Shown here in pieces: positions 28,974 to 42,919 of a DNA stretch of 64,000 nucleotides. Origin of the DNA: Chrysomallon squamiferum (taxonomy: Eukaryota > Animalia > Mollusca). The stretch lies in the NCBI GenBank assembly GCA_012295275.1, contig CM022672.1, positions 32,674,001 through 32,738,000 on the forward strand. Direction: 5' to 3'. The translations under genes and the position numbers were made by a program. The notes under the pieces were generated by a model. It did no database searches, had not been told where the DNA came from, and worked only from the letters and a program-made list of their open reading frames with translations. The stretch's first letter is position 1; each line of letters begins with the position of its first letter.

Positions 28974-29361
28974 TAAATTTATTCTATTTTAATTTATCTT
29001 TTTTTTTCCATTATTCAAGTTTATTGTATTTGTTTTAGATCTCATCTTATCTTTTAGTTAAAAAAGCTTTTTTATTTATTTATTTGTTGTTTTTTTAGAT
29101 ATTTTTATTTTATTTGATATTATTATTATTGTTTTATTTATTGTTTTTCATGCTATCGTAGTTGGCAGCTGGTGTGATGTTGGAATTATAATGAATGTTT
29201 AAATTATCATGCAACCGAAAAAGTGAACCAGATATTAAAACATATCTCTGATACTCTGAAACAATAGCCTAAAGATGTGTTGTCAAGCTTGTTTCTACCT
29301 GTACCATTTGGAGAAAAGATTTGGTTGTTGTTATTGTTATTATTATTATTATTATTATTAT

Positions 29362-29414
<53 letters not shown>

Positions 29415-29497
29415 ATAGTAGTAATAACATCAGCAGCAGTAGCATTGGTATTAGTATTAGTATTGCTGCTGTTGTTTTATTATTTTTGTTGTTGCTG

Positions 29498-29548
<51 letters not shown>

Positions 29549-29709
29549 GACATACTGTAGCCTCACTCGATTGTGTCATCGGTACATTTAATTTATATAT
29601 TTTGATTGAGTTAGTTTCTTGTTCTTATAAATATGTTTATTTATACAGTAGGGTTAGCACCGTGCAACAAATATTGTATCGATTTTAAGTATTTTGAACT
29701 ATCTGACCA

Positions 29710-29771
<62 letters not shown>

Positions 29772-30459
29772 AAAGAAAAAAAAAAAATAAAACTAAAAAA
29801 AAAAAAAATTAAAATTAAAGAAAGAAAACAGAAAATAACGAACGATCGAAAGTGTGTGCATTTAAACGGACGTTACGATCTTTGAGTGATAAATTTACTA
29901 TACCGAATCACAAAGAGATCATCAGATCCTAAGAGACAAGTAACTGAGATCAGCAATGGTGAATAATTTATTACATGATGGTATAATACTATCGTCATCA
30001 TACAGTACAAAACAACCTTTCATTCCTGTTTCTATCTCATCTAGTTACGATGGATTTAGCACCCTAGCTCAAGGGTGAGGAGAGGTAACTCAGTTTCTCA
30101 CTTTATATATGTATGTCTTAAACATCATTTATCAGCTCTAGAAAAAAAAAAAAAAAAAAAAAAAAGAAAAAAAAGCCATTTGGACTCCAACAGGAGTACT
30201 TATATTTAATTAGGATGAAACAGGAACAATGTAATTGGAAACTAGCAGTTCATTTCTTTCATAACACCTTTCATAACTGTACAAGATTAGAATATACAAC
30301 ATGAAATTTGCATTATTCTGAATAAATTTTTTTTTTTTGAAGAAATTGGCAATAAATAAATGATTTTGAAAAGGCAGTTATTTTCATACTTTCACTGTCA
30401 TTTCTCTATCTGAATGATTCGCCTGAATCGTCCTGGCTTGACATAAAAATAGATACATT

Positions 30460-30572
30460 CTACGATGAAACAGACTGAATATTAATAAGCTTTCACCAGC
30501 ACAGCTTTGCTGCAGCCTGCTTTGATGATACATCCGTTCGGAGGTTGAATTACTACCGCACTCATAACATAA
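30460..30572 (-). pseudogene. Orphan exon-3-like remnant of a second beta-MSP-like paralogue
   Basis: YVMSAVVIQPPNGCIIKAGCSKAVLVKAY*YSVCF aligns by eye to YGSSVGMGPIDVPEGCVIKKHGCDSLIVKTDNELLNCY. In-frame stop; no clear acceptor. Confidence 0.6.
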
Positions 30573-30608
30573 CAGTGCAACAACAACAACAACAACAATA
30601 ATAAATAA

Positions 30609-30659
<51 letters not shown>

Positions 30660-31029
30660 GTAGTAGTAGTAGTAGCATGCATAAAGCATTATAATGATAA
30701 TAACAGTAGTAATAATAATATAATAATAATGATACTAGTAATAGTTGTAGTTATGTTGATGGTAGTTATAGTAGAAAAATTAGTAGTGGTAGCAGCAGTA
30801 GTAGTAGTAATACTCATAATAGTAGTAGTAATGGCGATGGCAGTAGTATTAGTAATAGACATGCAGACACGCACACACACTCACTCATACACACACACAC
30901 ACACACACACACTCAGTGAAAAGTAGCTGCACTTGAAAGTAGTGTATGGAAACGTTTTAGGCGGCAAGTCTCTTATGAAGAGGATAACGAATGGAGGCTT
31001 TTTTATTTTCTTTGTTGTTGTGTTTTTCT

Positions 31030-31350
31030 CAGGAGGTGTTGTCATATGATGGAGACAGTGTCATTATGATGGGACTGGTTCTGTGCGCACGAGAGGACAG
31101 CACTGGTCATCGTTAACGAAATGTTGACGAAAAACTATTAGTTCGACATTCTGCTTCCTCTGATTTCTCTGAAGCAGTCACGTGATATCATTCACCAGCC
31201 AGAGCCCACATAGCCAAAATCGTAGACATCTTCTTTAGGGTAACAACATCAACGTGTTATATCATTGCCTGCTTAACAGACGTGTCACCAGTAAAACACC
31301 AATGTGATGTCATGGTTTGTCGTGTGCGACAACATCATCAGATTTCAGTT
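31030..31350 (+). mobile_element. Tc1/mariner transposase remnant
   Basis: Frame-broken DGDSVIM..RTALVIVNEML..DILLP..ARAHIAKIV..NNINVL..DVSPVKHQCDVMVCRVRQ matches the Tc1 GGGSVMVW..NARPH..SPDLSPIEHLWD consensus. Confidence 0.75.
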
Positions 31351-31699
31351 TCTATTTTACCCAGGCTTTATTTTATTTTTTATTTTTTCTTAAATCGTCA
31401 TCATCAATATTGTTATCATTGTTATCACCAGCAACATGATATTATAATCATCATCATCATCATCATTTTATAAATTTCTTTCATAAATAATATTGCTGTG
31501 ATAGTTATAGGAACCTGCCCACTAAAGCTGTAATAATTAGTAAATACATAACATATAATGATAGTAGTAGTATTAGTGTTAGTAGTAGTAATAATATAAT
31601 TTGTAGAATTTCAGTGATAATCGCGTTTTGGCGCATAATAAAACTGAGTTGTAACTGATCATTTTAGAGACAGATGGACCCAACTAATAATAAAAACAA

Positions 31700-33000
31700 T
31701 TGTTATGTAGTAGGAATACACAGGTACTGATTTTACTCTCACATCCAGTCTAGAAAAGAGATTTGGTATTTCAGTTTTTTCAACGTGTTCAAGTAATGTT
31801 CGTGAAAGTATTTTATAATTTCAAATTCAACTTAAGTCCGTGTATTCTAGGGTTTATGTAAGATTTTATTGTCGTATCCAGGTGTATTAACATTATTACT
31901 GGAGATGAAAGTGACGTGGTATTTAAATAATTTAAACTCTTTCAGCTATACACGGACAGATATTAGAAGATTTCATGCTTCAAATCAGACATATAATCAT
32001 ATTATTAAATATAACAAAACTGGCACCGAGGACTTGTCAGCATTGACTAAGAGAAGTCCAGCTATTGGAAATTACACATTATTAAGAACTGTGAAGAAAA
32101 GAAAGAAATCTTTATATTAAAGAATTATTATTTGTGACCATAGCAAAACAAAGAAAGCCTTTTCCCTTACAACTAGAATATCATCACACTTCAATATTGT
32201 GTATGTTTTCTGTAACTGGTGTCTCAGAACTACAAACATAGGTAAGATAAACAATTGAACTATTAAAAACACTTTGATTCTCACAGCTGTGAGTACGGAC
32301 ATTCAACTTTTATATTAAGAAAGTTGAAACTGAGAACCTCAGAATTTTTGTTTCCATAACCAGAGGGTGTGGGTGATGTCTTATACTCTGAAGAAGTACA
32401 AATCTATCTCATATAGATGTGTAGAAAAAATCTGGAATAAAATCAGTCATAAGGGTTTATATTATTTTTCTGCTGAAACCTCGACTTATAAAAATGAGGT
32501 GATATACTTAAATCTTAAGAATGTTTTAACCCATGATTACTTTTAGTTACTATGTCAAATGGAAGAAATTGCTTTACTAATCTCAGGCAAAGCTCGCTGG
32601 TTAAAACAATCTGTAAATTGGCAGATACCAGATTTACATTCCCTTTTACAGGTCCCACTATGGCACCCTCCCCCACTGAATTAAATCTTAAAAACTTTCC
32701 AAAGGAAGTTTCTTCCCTAAAGCTTCTTTGTTAAGTATATATAGCTATTTGCGATACATTAAACAAAAACCCCTGACATAAGATAAATTAAATAAAAAAA
32801 TTAAGATATTGTTGATTGGTACGAGATTTGAAATTTTTAAATTATTTATCTTTTCCTATATTTTAAATACATATTCAAACAAATTTGCTATAATGACTTT
32901 TTTTAAACTAAAACGTTTTCAGGTAATCCTTTTATCAACCTTGCTATGTTTATTTAGATTCTACACAGGAAGTTTCTTGTCGGACTATGATCACATTCTT
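31700..33000 (+). mobile_element. Heavily decayed L1/Tx1-like LINE remnant
   Basis: Scattered endonuclease-like (STCSSNVR, DIRRFH) and RT-like (ITRGC) traces in a region free of microsatellites. Confidence 0.4.
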
Positions 33001-33570
33001 TAACATTTCAAACATTTCAAAAAAAAAAAACTATTATGTAAAACTTAGAACTCTTATAAACTAAATAAAGTAAAATAAACACGTATAAAATTTAGTTAAA
33101 CACAACAGTATATATAAAATGAACAGTAGCAGCCATATAAATTATAAGTTTACAAAGTATGTGTTTGTTGAACAGTCGATAAATAAATTAAATTTAAGAA
33201 GAAGATAACAAAATACACAAAATGATTCATGTGTGCAGTAATGATAAACAGTCGCAATATAAATACATATCTATATATTTAAAACATAAGTTCTGGATTA
33301 AAGAACTAAAACAAATTTAGCATTCTAACAAAATGCTGATTCTAAAAAGAATTACATAAAAAATAGTAATAATAAATAAAATAAGCTACAACAAAAGAAA
33401 AGCAAAAAAAGGGAAGTTTAAAAATTAAATGAAACTAACATTTATAATTCTTTGTGTATAAGAAATATGCTACGAGGTAACAATAAAATATTACTGAAAA
33501 ATAATGAAAATAACAAACCAATATAGGGAAATATTTTTATGAAAGTATTTTAATAATGTAAAAAAAAAGT

Positions 33571-34080
33571 AAGTGTCCTGTTCACACTCTCCGACCTTCG
33601 CCAGACAGTGCGACTGTAACAGTAAAGACAGGAAGTGTCCTGTTCACACTCTCCGACCTTCACCAGACAGTGCGACTGTGACAGTAAAGAGAGGAAGTGT
33701 TCTGTTCACACTCTCCGACCTTCACCAGACAGTGTGACTGTGACAGTAAAGAGAGGAAGTGTCCTGTTCACACTCTCCGACCTTCACCAGACAGTGCGAC
33801 TGTGACAGTAAAGACAGGAAGTGTCCTGTTCACACTCTCCGACCTTCACCAGACAGTGTGACTGTTACAGTAAAGAGAGGAAGTGTCCTGTTCACACTCT
33901 CCGACCTTCGCCAGACAGTGCGACTGTAACAGTAAAGAGAGGAAGTGTCCTGTTCACACCGACCTTCACCAGACTCCGACCTTCAGTAAAGAGAGGCAGT
34001 GTTCTGTTCACACTCTCCGACCTTCACCAGACTGTGTGACTGTTACAGTAAAGAGAGGAAGTGTCCTGTTCACACTCTCC
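33571..34080. repeat. 62-bp minisatellite, ~8 copies
   Basis: Unit aagtgtcctgttcacactctccgaccttcaccagacagtgcgactgtgacagtaaagagagg; starts at 33571, 33633, ... Confidence 0.95.
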
Positions 34081-34195
34081 AACATTAACAGTACCGAACA
34101 CAGCAGTGACGGAAATAAGAAAATGAATAAATAGTTCTATACTACTACTAATAATATTAATATAGAAGGTTCAGGTTGGTTTCATTTACCTAGGT

Positions 34196-34457
34196 CATAG
34201 GTTTTCAACCTTTTTTCTCAGGGTCGCGACATCGTTCTTGAGTGAGGTTGTTTTAGTTTTTTTCAACTTGACTTGGAAGGAGGAATAAATAAAAACGTGT
34301 AGATAGGTTTGTGACACGTCATAGTGAACATAGGTTCCTTTTGTACTGTCTTTGGTTGACGAAAAAATATGGTAACCCTAGATATTATTGAATCAAACAT
34401 TTTAAAGGGGTCATCGGTTATATTGAGTCGCGGTATGAAAAAGTTTGAAAACCAGTG
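34196..34457. mobile_element. Non-autonomous hAT (Charlie-like) MITE, copy 2
   Basis: CATAGGTTTTCAACC...TTTGAAAACCAGTG, flanked by a degenerate 8-bp TSD acctaggt / atctagat (6/8 match, central CTAG). Confidence 0.75.
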
Positions 34458-34639
34458 ATCTAGATAATACTTTATACTGAAAGGACAAGGACAAATTAAC
34501 GACAACAACAATAATAATAACTAAAATTATAATAACATGGTAGAACAAACACGTACCGTAAAAAAGGCTTTCAGTAATAATGAGAAGCAGAAAAGTAATA
34601 TTAGTAGTAACAACAATACGATGTCACTATCGAAACAAG

Positions 34640-34685
<46 letters not shown>

Positions 34686-35039
34686 TATTATTATTATTAT
34701 TTATGTGACTTTTTAATTATTTATTTATTGATTCCTTATTTCGTTCGTTTATTAAAACGACTCGACAGTGCATGTGTAGACCTTTACGTTATTTTTACCA
34801 TCTGCACACATGTTTGAATGAATAAACCATTTATTTCAAGTCCGTTGTTATTCGTTCGAATGATTTACTTTCCGTTGCGTTATGTGTGTTTCTGTCAACA
34901 TGCATGCACAGGTTGGATGTATAATCATGTATGAAGGCGTGCATGTATTTGTCTGTCTGTCTTCTGTGAAGTTATTGTTAGTGAATCTTGGTCCCTAATT
35001 CTGTCTTTTTGCATGCATGTCTTTCAAAAGGAAGTTATT

Positions 35040-36000
35040 TTTAAAATTGTATCCTAACCCTGATCACTAATCTACAAAACGTATTTATTTCAAACAAAGA
35101 TAAAATTTTATCCCAAGAGTGATCAGAAGCTTTAAAAGTTGTTTGATTTTTAAATATTAGATATTTTAAAGTTTACCCTAAAGTTGATAATAAACTTCCC
35201 CAATTTCTTAAAATAAAAGTTATTATTAATTTTGCACTAACACTCGTCATTACATTGCCCTAAAGCTAGTCCTAACCCTACCCATAACCTTATTTGAACA
35301 AAAGCAGGAATAAGATATATTATAAGACAGTTTTTGTACTATCCGATGTTATTTTTCTTTTAAATAAAAGTTATTTTAAATTTTATTTTATTACTCATCA
35401 TGACATTTTATTAAGTTTTAACAGAAAAGTATTTTGAGGGAAATAAATAACTCTAAACCCTTGTGCAATTCAAACATTTTTTTAGAAACATTTTATGCTA
35501 ATATTTGTTATGAATTTCTAAAGTTTTATATGAAAAGTCTCTTGATGAAAAATAGATAATTAAGTCGAACATTTACCCTAACCTTAACATTAATGGTATC
35601 CCTAGCACAAACCCTAGTCATAACCTTACATCTAACAATGTAATGAGTAAAATATTGATCCTAATCAAAACTATTTTAAATTTTATGCTCAAACTGATCC
35701 TTAAACGTTTGCAAGTTCATATTTTGAATAAAAGTTCTTAAAATTTGATACTATCACTCATCAAGTGTAAATTTTTTGAAATGAAAGTAATTAACAATTT
35801 TATTGTAAAACTCATCATAAATGTTTCAAGTTTTACATCAAAAGTCTCTTTATATAAATAAGCAATTAAATCTAACTTTAACCTGATACCTAGCATAAAC
35901 ACTAACCCTAACTCCAATCCTATCCCAAATGATAATCCTGAACTTAACACTCTACTGAACAAAACCCCCAAATCAAACCCATACGCTATCCATAACCGTA
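35040..36000 (-). repeat. Degenerate CCCTAA-rich dispersed repeat
   Basis: CCTAAC/CCCTAA-like runs alternate with an aaataaaagttattttaaatttta..ctcatca module. Same family as ~210-600, ~15060-18650 and ~45400-46700. Confidence 0.7.
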
Positions 36001-36175
36001 ATAAGTAATAAGTGTAGCTTACATAAGTAATAAGTGTGTCTTAGAAAAGTAGTAAGTGTATTTTAGTTAAGTGATAAGTTAATATAGAAAAGTAGTGAGT
36101 GTATCTTAGATAAGTGATAGGTTAGAGAAGTAACAAGTGTATCATGGATAAGTAATCAGTGTATCTTACATTAAC
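36000..36175. repeat. ~22-bp degenerate tandem repeat
   Basis: taagtaataagtgtatcttaga-like units. Confidence 0.7.
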
Positions 36176-36344
36176 TTGTATTATGTATGTTTATTACTAG
36201 TTATCTATTTTTATAGATATATAGTTAGATAGATGCATACATACATACATACATACATATAGATATATAGATAAAGCAAACAAAATTACTTATCTTAAAA
36301 CTACAAAGTTGTTGTAATCAACAGACAGCAGTTATCTTCTTACA

Positions 36345-37500
36345 TATGTTCTTCATTAGACAGCTACATCCAATAAACATGAATTAAATTATTTGTTCAG
36401 TAGATGGCTACATCCAACATGAATGACTTATCATCTGTCTTTGTTAGACAGCTACATCCAATAAAAATGAATTAAATTATTTATTCAGTAGACAGCTACA
36501 TCCAACATGAATGACTTATCATTATTCTTCATTAGACTGCTACATCCAATAAAAATGAATCAAACTATTTCTACATTAGACTGCCACATCCAGTAAAATG
36601 AATTAAATTATTCAGTAGACAGCTACAGCCAATATGAATGACTTATCATCTTTCTTCATTAGACTGCTGCATCCAATAAAAATGAATTAAATAATTTCTT
36701 GAGTAGACAGCTACATCCAATATGAATGATTTATCTTCTTTCTTCATTAGACTGCTGCATCCAATAAAAATGAATTAAATAATTTCTTGAGTAGACAGCT
36801 ACATCCAATATGAATGACTTATCTTCCTTCTTCATTAGACTGCTACATCCAATAAAAATGAATTAAATAATTTCTTCAGTAGACAGCTACATCCAATATG
36901 AATGACTTATCTTTCTTCATTAGACTGCCACATTTCTTCATTAGACTGCTACATCCAATAAAAATGAATTAAATAATTTATTCAGTAGACAGCTACATCC
37001 AATATGAATGACTTATCTTCTTTCTTCATTAGACTGTTACATCCAATAAAAATGAATAAATTATTTATTCAGTAGACAGCTACATCCAATATGAATGACT
37101 TATCATCTTTCTTCATTAGACTGTTACATCCAATAAAAATGAATTAAATAATTTCTTCAGTAGACAGCTACATCCAATATGAATGACTTATCTTCTTTCT
37201 TCATTAGACTGCTGCATCCAATAAAAATGAATTAAATAATTTCTTGAGTAGACAGCTACATCCAGTATGAATGACTTATCTTCTTCCTTTATTTCACTGT
37301 TTTTCTCCAATACAAATGACTTATCAACTTTTGCATCAGACTGCTATATCCAGTTAATAAGGCTTTTCTTTCTTCATTAGACTGCTACATCCAATTAGAA
37401 TGACATAACTGGTTTCTTCATTAGAGGCTCCATCCAGTAAAACTGACTTATTTTCTTTCTTTATTAGACTGCTATATCTAATATGAATGACTTTATCTTC
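36345..37500. repeat. 88-bp satellite made of two related ~44-bp subunits
   Basis: cattagactgctacatccaataaaaatgaattaaataatttcttcagtagacagctacatccaatatgaatgacttatcttctttctt; period 88 (36657, 36745, 36833). Confidence 0.93.
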
Positions 37501-38059
37501 TTTCTTCACTGTACTCAAGTTCATCTAATTCCATTTCAGTGACTGAGAGATCCCAGATTCATAACTGAACAGTCTGGTATACTTGTATAATATTAAAAAA
37601 AAAAAAAAAAAAAAAAGAAACAAAACTGATCACAAACATAAAAAAAAAAAAAAAAAAAAAAGAAAAGTAAAATGATGCACAAAAACCTAAAAACAAAACA
37701 AATTGTTATTATTACCACTACTGATACTGTTACTACCACAAGTACTACTATTACTAATATCATTATTATGAAGATTGCTACAACTATTATTATCACTACT
37801 ATTACTACTAGTACTATTATTACTGTCATATACTAAATTTATTATTGTTACTACTATCAGTATTACAGTTACTATTACTACTATCATTACTATTATGCTA
37901 CTATTACGGCAGCTACTATTACTATCTTAATTATACTACTGCCATCACTACTACCTACTACCAAATGTAATTACTAACACTACCATAAATGTTTTATTAG
38001 ATATCTTTAAATAATAAATAATCCAGTACAAGCTAATTAGTTTTAAATCTATATATAAA

Positions 38060-38302
38060 TATATAAATAAATATATATAACATGAGCCCATTATGGGTAA
38101 GTTGTGACTTTATGTGCAAAAGATATAATAGTAAACATAATTCCACTTTAGTAGCAGTAATGGTAATAATAATAGTAGTATTTGCAGAAACAGTTGCAGT
38201 AGCAGGCACCATACTAGTAATAGTAGTGGTAAATAAATAAATAGATAAATACATGTCCTACTAATACTAAAAACAAAAAACAACGTGTAGTTCTTTATAA
38301 AC

Positions 38303-38343
<41 letters not shown>

Positions 38344-39159
38344 GTGAAGTAGTAATAATAATAGTAATAACAATAGAAATATTAGTACAATCACAAATTC
38401 ACAAAACCTGTCAAATGTTGCTGACAAGACTCAAACTTGTAACACCCATTCACCCGCACTCCAAATGTAGATCATGTTACCATTCGTCCATCTAGACAAT
38501 CTATAATACACACACACATACAATGTACAGATATAAACAAAGTTATATAGATGTGTGTATGTGTATTGTGTGCACACATACATACCCACCCAAATATACA
38601 TGCAGACACACATACACATACATATGTGTGTGTGTGTGTGCATGCATGCTATAAACATGAGCTAATTATGGTACTTCATGCATTTTGTGTAAAAGATTAT
38701 AATAGCAATAACAATTCCACTGTTAGTAGCAGTAATGATAATAGTAGCAGTGGTAACTGAAGTAACAGTAATGGTAGCAGGGACCATAGTTGTAGTGGTA
38801 AATAAATAAATAGATAAATAATGTTAATACTAATAACAAAAACCAAAAACCAATGTGTAGTTGTTTATAAATTGATACTACTACTACAACTACTACTACT
38901 ACTACTACTACTAATAATAATAATAATAATAATTAATAATAATAATAACAACAACAACAACAATAGTAATATTAGTACAATCACAACCTCACAAACCTGG
39001 TCAAATGCAGCTGATGAGACTCAAACTTATGACACCCATTCACCTGCACCCCAACAGTCGACAGTGTTATTGTTCAGCTATCAAGATGTGTGTGATAGTG
39101 TATGTGTATATTTGTGGTGTGTATATATGTATATATATGTGTCTGTGTGTGTCAGTGAT

Positions 39160-39203
<44 letters not shown>

Positions 39204-39800
39204 CATATATACACACACACACATACATACACACATATATATACATATACATATATATATATATATATATGCATACATGTGTGTATGTGTTTATATGTGT
39301 ATACTAATATAAAACACACACACATATATATATAAATAAACACACACACACACATACAACATACACTTTTTTTTATCTGTGTGTATCTGTATGTATGTTT
39401 ATATGCAAATACACACACACGCACGCACACACGCACACACACACACACACATATATATATATACACACATATACACACAGACATACATGCAGATAGATAT
39501 GTATGTATACATACAGACATGTGTATTTATGTATTTTCTATGTTTATGTGGGAGATGTGTCTATATGTGCTATCAATATGAGCCCATTATGGGTAAATTG
39601 TGCATTTTGTGTGAAGGGTATAATAGTAATAATAACTGAAATGTTAGTTGCAGTAGTAATAGTAGTAAAAGCATCCATAGCAGGCACTGTAATAGTATTA
39701 TTTGTGGTAAATAAATAAATAGATAAATAAATTTACTATTAATACTAAAAAAGAAAAAAGAAAATGTAATCCCTTATAAAGTGGTATTAATAATAAGAAA
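38060..39800. repeat. Degenerate local tandem triplication (units ~0.6-0.9 kb, inflated by microsatellites)
   Basis: atgagcccattatgggtaa-like anchors near 38082, 38657 and 39578. The tcaaatg..gactcaaactt..acacccattcacc block occurs near 38411 and 39001. Confidence 0.75.
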
Positions 39801-39811
39801 AACACCACCAC

Positions 39812-39863
<52 letters not shown>

Positions 39864-39975
39864 TAATAATAATAAAATAATATTAGTAATAACAATAACA
39901 ACAAGAACAGCAAAAGTAATATTAATACTAATAAATGGTGTATTTTTTACAACAGAAAAAAAGATATAAAATAAT

Positions 39976-40680
39976 CGACTCACTTGTTGCTGTTGTTGTT
40001 GTTGTTTTTTGTTTGTTTGTTTTTAACCAATTCAGCGCGGACTCCCAGTATGATGTAATTATCTTTAATGAAAAGAATATCTAAGTAATCCAAATAAACT
40101 GAATCCATATCATATCCACCTTTAGAATAAAGAAAAATATAAAACAATTATCATAAAAATGTATATATTTAGAATTTGACGCCATTTTGCTACTATTGCT
40201 ACTTTACCAGTGACGTCATTCCGATTACGCAAATTGGCGAAGTTAATAGTCTGATGTCTTTAAAACCGGAAACATTTATTAAATCGTTTATTTTGTAAAG
40301 CATTTATATAATTTAAAAACTTTTTGATGTCATTTTATTAGAATTTATCTTTTTATCCCTACAAAACATTATTAAACTATAGACATTTATTCTGTCAATA
40401 CTCGTCATTTGATTAAGACGAGTTCGGCCATTTCCGTAACATGCGTAAAATTAATACAGTTCTATTCGCTTGTCACAAAACGACCTGTAACCGTAATATT
40501 AGGATAAGGGTTGAGATAGTTTCTGTCAATAAAATCGGAAAGTTGAAGTCCAGATTTATAGATATAAAAATTAAAAGAAAAAGTATGATGAAAAATACTT
40601 ATACAACTATTCAGAACATTAAACGGTTAGGTACTTTTGTTGTTAACCGGTTTTGGTTGCTTGGGTGTGATAATAAAAAC
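39976..40680 (-). promoter_or_regulatory. Repeated motif-rich module, diverged third copy
   Basis: TTCGGCCATTTCCGTAAC (~40423), TGACGTCA (40211), CGCCATTTT, and GTGAGTCG donor on the minus strand at 39976-39983. Confidence 0.5.
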
Positions 40681-42055
40681 AAAATCCGACTAAGCAGAAC
40701 CAGTTACTGATTTAGTGTTAGCAGCAATTTATAGATTTAAATATTTATAATATTTTTATATTGAAGGCTTTAATCGATTTAATTTAAATTAATGATTTTC
40801 ATGTTTTATTTTCTATCAGATAATATGTGACTATTAAAAGTACGTTTATAAAGCAATGTTTATTTATAGATATAGATTATAACTTAGTCTCTTCATTTGG
40901 TTTACGTAATTTGCCGAAATCAAGTTGTCTTATTTATTAACTGTTTAAATAATTTATTTATTTAGGAACTTTTAGATATTTTTTATAATTTTTGCATCAG
41001 GAAAACATTGTTTCAGTTGCTGTGTTAAATAATAGGATTGTAAATTCGCACAGATCACATATATATATTTTTTAGATCTAAATAAAACAGTTAATTCAGG
41101 TAATTTCACATTCGGCCATTTCCGTGATCCGTGACCTGACGAAGAAATAATACAACGGTAATAGCTTGTGACAAAGTATTAGAACAATAAATTATTTTAA
41201 AATAAATAAATAAATAATAATATTAATAAAATAAGATAACAAAAAATTAATAGTCCGAAAGTTTTTAGTTTAGATTTCTATGTAAATAATTTGTACATTG
41301 TGGACTATTAATACCATTACCTAACTGAATATCATAAAGCAGTTTTGTGCTAAAGGAGAATGGAGAAGACTACAGAGAAAACAGAAGTTAAAAAACAGTT
41401 TTGCTGAAAGTAATAAAGGAATTTGTTTTGTGTTAAAGAAGAGACATTATACAACTGATAAACAATCTAATTAAATACTCACCCGGCTGTGTTGAAATGA
41501 TGATGATGATGATGATGATGATGTTGGTGAGGTCATTATTGGACTTCATCTTTCTGTGCTAATGATTTCCTCAAAATTGTCTGAATGCAGAATCTAAGAA
41601 GATGTACATAAAACAAGATACTAATACATGCACACACATATGTCTATAAATACAGACACACTCATACATTCATACATATATACATACATCTGTATAAATA
41701 TATATACATGACACATACATACACACACCTACACACATACACATACATACACACACCTACACACATACACACACAGATACAAAAATACATGCATACATAG
41801 ACAAATCATATACACATACATACACATACAAACATACATTACACTCATATGAATTAATTCTAATGATCAGATTACAGACAGACAGACATATTTACTGACA
41901 CACTTGACACTTGGTGGACACAGACCCATCTTACAACACATAAATAAATAAATAAATAAATAAATAAAATAAGGAAAGAAAGAAAAATGAAACTGACACA
42001 TTAACAATTAAATAAATGGTTTTATAAAGGATCAAAATACACTTCACACACACAA

Positions 42056-42087
<32 letters not shown>

Positions 42088-42088
42088 C

Positions 42089-42222
<134 letters not shown>

Positions 42223-42919
42223 CCTGCCAATTCTCTCCCCCTTTGTGTACATAAGTATCATATCAGAAACACATAATACTTCAGAGCAGTGTATTTAGAA
42301 CATATAGTAAGATCCACTTTAAACCCTTTTTACAATCAGATCTACTTTAACGTACTAATACTTACCTTTCAGTTATGTGTTATTATTTCATCTGGAAAAT
42401 AAATAATAATTATAAAAAATAATTAAGAAATAAATAAATAAAAGAAAGAAAGAATTAAGAAAGAAAGAATTAAGGAAGAAAGGAAAAGGAAAAATGAAGC
42501 TATGTCATATATAAATTTGCCTAGACAAGCACTATCAGCAGGCTGAATACTTTGGAGTGGGTGAAAACTGGTCAGTAGTTAATGTAGATACTTTACTTCT
42601 AGCTGTAGCTAATTTACTTGAAAATAAACTGAAGATATTCTCAAGTAACTACGTAAGACTTGTATATGAAATGAAACCCACAAAGAAAACAAGATTCTTA
42701 AAGGAAACTGTCTTTTTAACTCACACATAACTTGAACATTACAATTTATATATCCCTGACATAATGCAGTCTTCACATTAAACACCACCTCACAAAAAAT
42801 TAATATCCATGTGGACACACAAAAGGAAAAAGAAAAATCACCTTGTCACTGTTTCTATCAGGAAAATAAGCAAGTATAATAATAATAAGAATAAGAAAAA
42901 GAAGGAGAAGAAGAAAAGT

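Noticed and set aside
33571-34080. CRISPR-like array
   Set aside because: Units are contiguous 62-bp repeats with no unique spacers, there are no cas genes, and the context is eukaryotic. The same applies to the 39-, 53- and 88-bp arrays.
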